Positions 1 to 11,700 of a DNA stretch of 64,000 nucleotides are shown piece after piece. Origin of the DNA: Lingula anatina. Lineage: Eukaryota > Animalia > Brachiopoda. Numbering within the stretch: the stretch's first letter is position 1; the number at the start of each line of letters is the position of its first letter. The stretch spans positions 62,001-126,000 of the forward strand of contig CM120643.1 in assembly GCA_051362555.1 (NCBI GenBank), read 5' to 3'. The notes beneath the pieces are model-generated. The model was not told the DNA's origin. It made no database searches and was given only the letters and a program-made list of their open reading frames with translations. A program made the translations under genes and the position numbers.

Positions 1-259
1 AAAGCTATGGAGGCAATTTGATGCAATTTTCAAAATAGGTTTAATAGAATTGGGCTAGATTTGGGGGATGGTCTGTCGTTTTTCAAATCATTGCTACTAA
101 ACTAAACAAAACTAAACCGAACGGTTAAACATAATGTGTTTCCTCTTGCTTCATTTTTCATTTTATTACGAATTTGAGGGGTGGATAAGTAGGTCAATAT
201 TGCCACCAAGCGTTTGAAAAGGTTCAGTTTGAGAAAATTTTTGCATGTGGATTTAATTG

Positions 260-601
260 ACACTAGTGGGCTTGATTTGGTCTAAAAGAGCAATTTAAGT
301 TCACAAATAGTCCTACATGGTCTTAAACCATGAGTAAGACTATTTCTGGTCTAACAGCCAATTAAGTTGTCTCCCCTTACACATTCTCCTATTGTGAGCA
401 GAGGTGTCCTCTATTGTGAGGGGAAGTATCCCCCATTGTGAGGGGAGGAAACTGCTTGACCACTTAAGTAGATGTTACATCATTTTTGATCTTAAAAGCA
501 GATTCAGTCCATTTTAAGACTACTGCTGTAATATTTAAGATCGTGTAAGATCACTTGTGAACTTAAACTGCACTTTAAGAGCAAATCCAGCCCACTAGTG
601 T
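260..601. mobile_element. MITE-like element with long imperfect terminal inverted repeats
   Basis: Starts acactagtgggcttgatttg...tttaagttcacaa and ends ttgtgaacttaaa...caaatccagcccactagtgt. About 60 bp imperfect inverted termini, no coding capacity. Confidence 0.7.
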
Positions 602-914
602 GAGTTGTGTAAAAATCTGGAAGTAACAATGTGTATGCATAATAGGCAGGTCTACACGCCTTGACTCTGGATGTAATGTATCTATGACGTGTGACTACAG
701 GATCTGTAAATAGATCGAAATTTGGTTTTGGTTTGTTTTTTAAACATGTGTTAATTAATTCTGTAAAACCTGTGGAAATGAGTAAAAGGGAATTGTAATA
801 AACACCATGTCCTAGGGCCTTCAACATAGTCGTATCGCTTAATTAAGTATATACTGGATAGCACGTGAAATTATGGACTGTTATGAACGCTTTGTACAAT
901 TGTGTTTGTTAAAG

Positions 915-3900
915 GTACGTGAGATGTTTCTACTTGGCCACCAAGACATCGACCTCTATTGGTAACAACCCTACACCCACCAACACTCTGGAGTACGTGT
1001 TCATGACTGTCTACTGGCTGTCAGGGGTCTTTGTCTTTGCCTTGCTGATAGGACAGGTGAGTGTTCAACGACTGTGTTCAGTGTGACTTTAACCTATGCA
1101 TGTGTTCATGACTGTCTACTGGCTGTCAGGAGTCTTTATCTTTGCCTTGCTGATAGGACAGGTGAGTGTTCAACGACTGTGTTCAGTGTGACTTTAACCT
1201 ATGTTTTCATGTCTGTCTACTGGCTGTCAGGAGTCTTTATCTTTGCCTTGCTGATAGGACAGGTGAGTGTTCATAGACTGTGTTCAGTGTGACTTTAACC
1301 TATGTGTTTATGACTGTCTACTGGCTGTCAGGAGTCTTTATCTTTGCCTTGCTGATAGGACAGGTGAGTGTTCATAGACTGTGTTCAGTGTGACTTTAAC
1401 CTATGCATGTGTTCATGACTGTCTACTGGCTGTCAGGAGTCTTTATCTTTGCCTTGCTGATAGGACAGGTGAGTGTTCATAGACTGTGTTCAGTGTGACT
1501 TTAACCTATGTGTTTATGACTGTCTACTAGCTGTAAGGAGTCTTTATCTTTGCCTTGCTGATAGGACAGGTGAGTGTTCAACGACTGTGCTCAGTGTGAC
1601 TTTAACCTATGCATGTGTTCATGACTGTCTACTGGCTGTCAGGAGTCTTTATCTTTGCCTTGCTGATAGGACAGGTGAGTGTTCAACGACTGTGCTCAGT
1701 GTGACTTTAACCTATGCATGTGTTCATGACTGTCTACTGGCTGTCAGGAGTCTTTATCTTTGCCTTGCTGATAGGACAGGTGAGTGTTCAACGACTGTGC
1801 TCAGTGTGACTTTAACCTATGCATGTGTTCATGACTGTCTACTGGCTGTCAGGAGTCTTTATCTTTGCCTTGCTGATAGGACAGGTGAGTGTTCAACGAC
1901 TGTGCTCAGTGTGACTTTAACCTATGCATGTGTTCATGACTGTCTACTGGCTGTCAGGAGTCTTTATCTTTGCCTTGCTGATAGGACAGGTGAGTGTTCA
2001 ACGACTGTGCTCAGTGTGACTTTAACCTATGCATGTGTTCATGACTGTCTGCTGGCTGTCAGGAGTCTTTATCTTTGCCTTGCTGATAGGACAGGTGAGT
2101 GTTCAACGACTGTGCTCAGTGTGACTTTAACCTATGCACGTGTTCATGACTGTCTGCTGGCTGTCAGGAGTCTTTATCTTTGCCTTGCTGATAGGACAGG
2201 TGAGTGTTCATAGACTGTGTTCAGTGTGACTTTAACCTATGTGTTTATGACTGTCTACTGACTGTCAGGAGTCTTTATCTTTGCCTTGCTGATAGGACAG
2301 GTGAGTGTTCAACGACTGTGCTCAGTGTGACTTTAACCTATGCATGTGTTCATGACTGTCTGCTGGCTGTCAGGAGTCTTTATCTTTGCCTTGCTGATAG
2401 GACAGGTGAGTGTTCAACGACTGTGCTCAGTGTGACTTTAACCTATGCACGTGTTCATGACTGTCTGCTGGCTGTCAGGAGTCTTTATCTTTGCCTTGCT
2501 GATAGGACAGGTGAGTGTTCATAGACTGTGTTCAGTGTGACTTTAACCTATGTGTTTATGACTGTCTACTGACTGTCAGGAGTCTTTATCTTTGCCTTGC
2601 TGATAGGACAGGTGAGTGTTCATAGACTGTGTTCAGTGTGACTTTAACCTATGTTTTCATGACTGTCTACTGGCTGTCAGGGGTCTTTGTCTTTGCCTTG
2701 CTGATAGGACAGGTGAGTGTTCAACGACTGTGTTCAGTGTGACTTTAACCTATGTGTTTATGACTGTCTACTGACTGTCAGGAGTCTTTATCTTTGCCTT
2801 TCTGATAGGACAGGTGAGTGTTCATAGACTTAGCCTCTTAATGTATGCTGAAAAATAAGATAGTATCCTTCCATCTAATGTGTTGTTTACCTGCTGTAGT
2901 TTTTGTGTAACATTTGAATACGAGTGCATTTTTCTTCTTCATTTTATATCCAGATTCGTGACATCTATCAGGCCTCGGGGAAGGTGAAGAGTGACTTTCG
3001 TGAGCAGATGAGCACTGTGTTGAACTATCTTCAGAACTCTGGGGTGCCTAAACAAGTGCAGAATAAAGTCCGCTCCTGGTTCACCTTCAGCTGGGAATCA
3101 CAGAAAACCCTGGGTCAGACAGTAGAATCCTTCATTACCTAATAAAGACCTTTCCACAGCCTTCTGCCTCTCATTAGCACCTCTTTCTTCTCCATAGATC
3201 CTTACTTTTCCATTCACAGTGGCAACTTACTTATAAAAACTTTTTACACTAAAATGTAAATGTTTACTTATTTATTTGTCTTCAAAAAGAAATTAAGGTG
3301 TGAAAAGCAAGTAACTGCTGTTGAATGCTAAATTAACAGATGTTGACCATGTTTTCAATACATAGAGCCAATCACTTAATGTTAACCACAACCCTTATAT
3401 GTAAGAGTACAATTATAGAGGGATACAAAATATATTGAACTAGAAAAGCACTCTGAGAGCGCAGACCTCCGCCAAGGCAGCAAAGTCTCGATCCAATGCG
3501 GTTTCACCCCTGAATTTTCATTCTATAATGATTTAGTTTTTTTTATTTTGATCATTGTTTGATTAAGGATCCGGATCACCACCAAAAACTAATCATCTGT
3601 TCCTTGGCCCACTTCTGACAGTTCCAGAAAATATCATCAAAATCGGTCCATACCTTAGTTTTTTGATCATTGATTATTGACTGATTATTGATCCTGATCA
3701 CCACCAAAAACTAATCATCTGTTCCTTGGCCCACTTCTGACAGTTCCTGAAAATTTCATCAAAATCAGTCCATAACTTTTTCTGTAATATTGCTAACAGA
3801 CAGACAGACAGACAGACAGACAAACTAACAGAACCAAAAACATAACCTCCTTGGCGGAGGTAATAATCAAACATGAGCTTACAATTGCATTCTCAGACTG

Positions 3901-6900
3901 AAGCTTAATTAGAGGGTAATCAGTGTTCTAATCATGCAGTGTTCTCATCACGGCTTCAATCAAATCCTGTGTATTTATAGCACTTTAATAGTATTTAATA
4001 GTAGAGTTTCTCTTTGTTTTCCAGATGAGAATGAACTGCTGCGGGCACTGCCCAATAAGATGATGGCTGACCTGGCAATAAGTGTGCACTATGAGACACT
4101 AAGTAAAGTGCAGCTCTTTCAGGTAAAAAGTGGAAAGAATATTACTTTTATCACTAACTGCTATTACAATGGATTTTTTTTCTTTACATACATGTATAAT
4201 AGAAAGGAAAAAAATGAATAAAAAAATATAAAAGTGAGAAACTGATGTAATTTTAAAACATAAAGGTGTCAAAAGTCATTACCTTCACCTAATTTGACAA
4301 GTTCAATGTATCATGCATGACTCAGAGTGTTCTACTCATGTTTTACTCCTGAGTGTCCGGACTGTCAGATCTAGCTCCTGACTACACCTCTGCTGTGTTC
4401 TACTCATGTTTTACTCCTTAGTGTCCAGACTGTCAGATCTAGCTCCTGACTACACCACTGCTGTGTTCTACTCGTGTTCTACTCCTGTGTGTTTTATGAC
4501 TGTCAGATCTAGCTCCTGACTACACCACTGCTGTGTTCTACTCATGTTTTACTCCTGAGTGTCCGGACTGTCAGATCTAGCTCCTGACTACACCACTGCT
4601 GTGTTTTACTCATGTTCTACTCCTGTGTGTCCTAGGACTGTCAGATCTAGCTCCTGACTACACCACTGCTGTGTTCTACTCATGTTCTACTCCTGTGTGT
4701 CCTAGGACTGTCAGTTCTAGCTCCTGACTACACCACTGCTGTGTTCTACTCATGTTCTACTCCTGTGTGTCCTAGGACTGTCAGTTCTAGCTCCTGACTA
4801 CACCACTGCTGTGTTCTACTCATGTTTTACTCCTGAGTGTACTAGGACTGTCAGTTCTAGCTCCTGACTACACCACTGCTGTGTTCTACTCATGTTCTAC
4901 TCCTAAGTGTCCGGACTGTCAGTTCTAGCTCCTGACTACACCACTGCTGTGTTCTACTCATGTTCTACTCCTGTGTGTCCTAGGACTGTCAGTTCTAGCT
5001 CCTGACTACACCACTGCTGTGTTCTACTCATGTTCTACTCCTGTGTGTCCTAGGACTGTCAGTTCTAGCTCCTGACTACACCACTGCTGTGTTCTACTCA
5101 TGTTTTACTCCTGAGTGTCCTAGGACTGTCAGTTCTAGCTCCTGACTACACCACTGCTGTGTTCTACTCATGTTTTACTCCTAAGTGTCCGGACTGTCAG
5201 TTCTAGCTCCTGACTACACCACTGCTGTGTTCTACTCATGTTCTACTCCTGTGTGTCCTAGGACTGTCAGTTCTAGCTCCTGACTACACCACTGCTGTGT
5301 TCTACTCATGTTCTACTCCTGTGTGTCCTAGGACTGTCAGTTCTAGCTCCTGACTACACCACTGCTGTGTTCTACTCATGTTTTACTCCTGAGTGTCCTA
5401 GGACTGTCAGTTCTAGCTCCTGACTACACCACTGCTGTGTTCTACTCATGTTTTACTCCTGAGTGTCCTAGGACTGTCAGATCTAGCTCCTGACTACACC
5501 ACTGTTGTGTTCTACTCATGTTCTACTCTTGTGTGTCCTAGGACTGTCAGTTCTAGCTCCTGACTACACCACTGCTGTGTTCTACTCATGTTCTACTCCT
5601 AAGTGTCCGGACTGTCAGTTCTAGCTCCTGACTACACCACTGCTGTGTTCTACTCGTGTTCTACTCCTGTGTGTCCTAGGACTGTCAGTTCTAGCTCCTG
5701 ACTACACCACTGCTGTGTTCTACTCGTGTTGTACTCCTGCGTGTCCTATGACTGTCAGTTCTAGCTCCTGACTACACCACATGTGTTCTACTCATGTTCT
5801 ACACCTGTGTTTTAGGACTGTCAGTTCTAGCTCCTGACTACACCACTGCTGTGTTTTACTCGTGTTCTACTCCTGTGTGTTTTAGGACTGTCAGATCTAG
5901 CTCCTGACTACACCACTGCTGTGTTCTACTCATGTTCTACTCCTGTGTGTTTTAGGACTGTCAGTTCTAGCTCCTGACTACACCACTGCTGTGTTCTACT
6001 CATGTTCTACTCCTGTGTGTCCTAGGACTGTCAGTTCTAGCTCCTGACTACACCACTGCTGTGTTTTACTCGTGTTCTACTCCTGTGTATCCTAGGACTG
6101 TGAGAAGCAGCTGTTATTTGACCTGGTGTTAAAGTTAACTCCAGTGCTGTATCTACCTGGGGATTACATCTGTAAGAAGGGAGAAGTAGGCACAGAGATG
6201 TACATCCTGAAGCAAGGGCAGGTGGAAGTGGTCAGTGCTGATGGCTTGGTACTGGCCACACTCAGCGAGGGAAGTGTCTTTGGGGAAATCAGGTTTGTAA
6301 TATGTATTATATATCCTCCTCTAGATAAATGAGAACAGATATGAATTATTTATTGTGAAATATGAAGCCACAATGGCATCTGAATTACAGGTCTATAATA
6401 CATATACATATCAGTTGTTATGATGATTTTATAATTAAATGTAAGAATGCTCATGAAATTGACGATTCCAGGAATGTATCAGTTGGCTCAAAAAGAAAAA
6501 AAATATTAATTTCAAAGTTGATTAAATCTGACAGTTCGTAAGTTCACTAGCTTTTGAATTGAAAATTTGTACAGATTTTTTATAAATTTGTTGTGGTAGT
6601 ATCATAAAATCAGAAACACGGCAGTTGTCAAAACTGCCAGAGACCGGCTCCTATATCAGAAGGCATGTAGCATGGCATTTTTTGCCTTAAAATTAGGGGA
6701 TTTTTAATGATGAAATTAGAGTCATGAAAAGTTCAGCATTAATTTAAAACTTTACTTGAACTTTGTATGTGTAAATGTTGACCAAGGTTTGGTTGACAAA
6801 AGCTGAGGACAGTTGCAATGACTGTTAGTCGCTGAGATGTTAGACTCCATTCACATGAAAAGTCTATTTTCTAAAAATTTATTTTCTATTCGTGGTATCT

Positions 6901-8705
6901 TGTAATAACGGTCTGTGCCCTGAATACCCCGCGGCGTAATTACTGGCAGCGCGAGCCAGTTACTTCCAAAGCTGTAATTAATTCTCCGCTGCGCTCGGAG
7001 TGATCATAAGATACCACGAATAGGAAATAGATTTTTAGAAAATAGACTTTTCTTAATGGACCCTGGTGAGTGACATCTCAGTTTACTGAGTGTTGTAAGT
7101 GTTTAGAACAAGAAAGATTATTTAGTAGGTTCATTTCCCCTACCTGATAGCATCCCTATCGTCCCCTTCTATAATGAAAACTTTTTCACCTTCAGTTCTC
7201 AGAAAAGCATAAAAAAGCAAATGCATCTCCAGGGGGGATCCAGGATTATTTGACGGGGGGGGGGGTCCAGAATGACAGGCCTTGGATGCCAACTTGACAA
7301 TTGCCCCGTTGGTGTGGGGTTCAAGGCCTGCTCAAGGGCCCTGAAAAATATTTTGTGTTTTGGAAAGCAAACAGTGCCCTTTGGTATGGTAGAACTATAA
7401 TTTAGCTAGTCAAAATTCTAATTTCAAATGGGGAATATTGGTGTTCAGAAACCGAAGGGGGGTCAGAAGCCCCCTGACCCCCTCTAAATCTGGCACTGAT
7501 CTCCTCATGACTATTTCACACTTATGTACATGAAGCTATACTGTAAAAATATGCCAAATGGAAAATGCTAATATATTGAGACTGTACAGAACTCTAATAT
7601 AATGATTGTGGAATCCAGTGCATTACTCCCTAAGATGATCCTTTTTCTTGTCCTTCAGTCTTCTGGCCCTTGCTGGTGGTAATCGCAGGACAGCTGATGT
7701 TCGCTCCAAGGGTTTCTCCAACTTGTTCATCCTCTCCAAGGAAGACTTCAATGCAGCAATGAGTGACTACCCCAAGGCTCAGAAGATATTAAAGAAAAAA
7801 GCAGTGTAATACAACAAAGCAGCATTTCATAAAAATGGGATATTAAACTTTAATTCCATGTCAATAAGTGATTAAGGTAAAATAGCAAAAAATGTTGTCT
7901 TTGTTGTATAGTCATTTAAGTACAGTCCCCAGCTGTCATGATAATCTTGTATTATTTTTGTACAGGAAATTGCTTCATCAGAATGCTAAACTCCAGAATG
8001 ACCAGGGGGAAACAGAGGCCACAGAAATAATTAAGGAAAGGGAAGGCACACCTCGACTTCTTAAGACAGTCATTCAGGTGAGTGGTGGGTCAATACTCAG
8101 CAGCAGAAACTGGTCAGACACAGTCCCTTTTTTTTTACTACATGCAAGTCTGCAGTTTATAACATTGGGATCATACGGATAATTCATATTCACCCTTCAG
8201 ACTCTACCACAGCTACAGTCATACATTCCTTGGTAAATTCTAAATTGGATTATTTCAACTCACTGCCTCAAGAAACAAAACAAGGCAGCAAAGCTGTCAA
8301 ATGTACAGACAAAGAACAGAAAATAAAGATGCAAATAAGTGAAAAATTAAATTTTCACAAAAAACTGTTAAATTGCCAGAAAAATTTACCAAACAGACTG
8401 CATTGCCTACTGAAGCTGTATGTTAGACCCATGTTTCTTTCCTGTAAGTTTGAGAACAGTAAGTGACATGATTTCCCTTAAATGGTCATCATAGGAGCAG
8501 TGCCCAAAATAGGGGTTTCTTCAAATTTTGATGCAACATTACATAATGTTTAACAGCATAATGACAATCAAATGTTATTAATAAAATATTAGTAACATGG
8601 ACATTCAGAAAATGTGACAAGCAAAAGTCTTCAAGATCATGGAACTTAAACGTCACACCTTGAAAATGCCAATATGTGAAAAATTAAATTTTCACAAAAA
8701 ACTGC

Positions 8706-8740
<35 letters not shown>

Positions 8741-11700
8741 AAACAGACTGCATTGCCTACTGAAGCTGTATTTTAGTCCCATGTTTCTTTCCTGTAAGTT
8801 TGAGAACAGTAAGTGACATGATTTTCCTTAAATGGTCATCATAGAAGCAGTGCCCAAAATAGGGGTTTCTTCAAATTTTGATGCAATATTACATAATGTT
8901 TAACAGCTTAATGACCATCAATTTTTAATTATAAAATATTTGTTTCACAGATATTCAGAAAATGTGACAAGCAAAGGTTTTCAGGCCCATGGAACTTCAA
9001 AGTCACGCCTTGAAAATGCCAAAATGTAAACAAGACAGCACTGTTCTGAAATGGGTTTATTTCCATTTTTAACACTTTTTTAACATAAAACAAAATAAAC
9101 ATTTTACTGCCATTTTATATGACCAACTAAGAAAATTGATGAGATGGGAAAAGTATCAATAGAACAGTGTTAAATGTCCAATTTCCTCCATTCTGAGATT
9201 CTGAACATAGTGGATGATTGAATCTGACAAACTGCAATGATATGAGTTTATTTCCATTTTTGACACTTTATTACACAATACATGATAACAAGTTTACCAT
9301 GTTTTTTACATAATCAACTAACAATGTTGTAAAGATGCAGGAAATATCAAACAAACACTTTTCGGCATCTTATTAGTTAAATAATGAGACTGTTAACATG
9401 CCTAATAATTGAATCTGAGGAAATGTGAAAAACGGTATAACTTCTAAAATAATGGCCTGATTATGCTGATTTTCGAACTCAACCTGCGTTTTAGTAAGAT
9501 TGACCACTCCTGTGAGTATAATTACAATTGGCCGATCCGTTTTTCTTATATTGTGTTATCAGTGTTGTATTTATATTGAAAATAGTGAAAAAACAGCATA
9601 AATTCCCTAAAAATGGCCCAATCATGCTGATTTTCGAACTTGACCTGCGTATTATGAATATTCATCAGTTCTGTAAGTTTCAAGTCAAAAGGTAAAATGG
9701 TTTTCCACTTATCGTGTTATCGGTGCTGCATATATGCTGAAAAAAGTGAAAAAACAGCATAAATTCCCTATAAGTGACCCGATCATGCTGATTTTCGAAC
9801 TTGACCTGCGTATTATGAATATTCATCAGTTCTGTAAGTTTCAAGCCAAAAGAAAAAACAGTTTTCCACTTATCGTGTTATCGGTAAAAGTGCACGGCGA
9901 CGACGGCGACGGCGACGGCGACGACAGACGCAGATGATGGCTATATGTACAGACACATCTGTGTCTGTACATAAAAATCACTACTGTCAACATATTTAAA
10001 TCATTTCCACCAGATTATGAACTCATATATCATACCAGTTTATATACTACTGTCAACACATTTAAATCATTTCCACCAGATTATGAACTCATATATCATA
10101 CCAGTTTATATACTACTGTCAACACATTTAAATCATTTCCACCAGATTATGAACTCATATATCATACCAGTTTATATACTACTGTCAACATATTTAAATT
10201 ATTTCCACCAGATTATGAACTCATATATCATACCAGTTTATATACTACTGTCAACACATTTAAATCATTTCCACCAGATTATGAACTCATATATCATACC
10301 AGTTTATATACTACTGTCAACATATTTAAATCATTTCCACCAGATTATGAACTCATACCTCTATGTGCAATCATATATCATACCAGTTTATATACTACTG
10401 TCAACATATTTAAATTATTTCCACCAGATTATGAACTCATATATCATACCAGTTTATATACTACTGTCAATATATTTAAATCATTTCCACCAGATTATGA
10501 ACTCATACCTCTATGTGCAATCATATATCATACCAGTTTATATACTATTGTCAACATATTTAAATCATTTCCACCAGATTATGAACTCATATATCATACC
10601 AGTTTATATACTACTGTCAACACATTTAAATCATTTCCACCAGATTATGAACTCATATATCATACCAGTTTATATACTACTGTCAACATATTTAAATCAT
10701 TTCCACCAGATTATGAACTCATATATCATACCAGTTTATATACTACTGTCAACACATTTAAATCATTTCCACCAGATTATGAACTCATATATCATACCAG
10801 TTTATATACTACTGTCAACACATTTAAATCATTTCCACCAGATTATGAACTCATATATCATACCAGTTTATATACTACTGTCAACACATTTAAATCATTT
10901 CCACCAGATTATGAACTCATATATCATACCAGTTTAAAAAGCACTGCAGTTTTAAAAGCACTACCAATCCAAGCCAGGGGCTTATTTAAATTCTTAGTTT
11001 TATTCTATGATGTTTTTCACTTTATTTTTATTTAGTGTCACCTATTAACTTACTTGAACGATGTAGTTGTGTAACTGTAGTTGGCTTTAATTGAGAATTT
11101 GGCTTTTTTTTTTCTAGATTCCTAATCTTTTTAAATACTTTTTTTATATCTTGGTAATTGTGTTCTAAAGTACTTATTTTTCTGTCAAGTCTACTGAACA
11201 TTTAGAATGGATTTTGGACTTGGAATAAATTTATTATTATTTTTAATATTATTATTATTATCATTACTATTAATGAGAAGTAATCTGAACACAATAAGTG
11301 AACCGAGGCCTCTTCCACTTCCTTCATCTACTGATGGTTTGTGATGTATATACATGATAAGAAACAATGATATATAGGTACTGTATGTGTGAATGCCATA
11401 TGTATATACATGACAAGAAACAATGATATGTAGGCACTGTATGTGTGAATGCCATATGTAAATACGCGACAAGAAACAATGAGATACAGGCACTGTATGT
11501 GTGAATGCCATAGGTATATACGCGACAAGAAACAATGATATATAGGTACTGTATGTGCGAACGCCATAGGTATATACGCCACAAGAAACAATGAAATACA
11601 GGCACTGTATGTGCGAACGCCATAGGTATATACGCCACAAGAAACAATGAAATACAGGCACTGTATGTGCGAACGCCATAGGTATATACGCGACAAGAAA

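Noticed and set aside
1074-2524. Long repetitive ORFs (72-246 aa)
   Set aside because: By-product of 105-bp units lacking stops in one frame; intronic and out of frame with the CNG exon.
9734-9937. [14 protein letters not shown]... recurring at 23072 and 51758
   Set aside because: It is part of the non-coding ~160-bp internal repeat of the HINE-like element; recurrence reflects the repeat, not a gene family.
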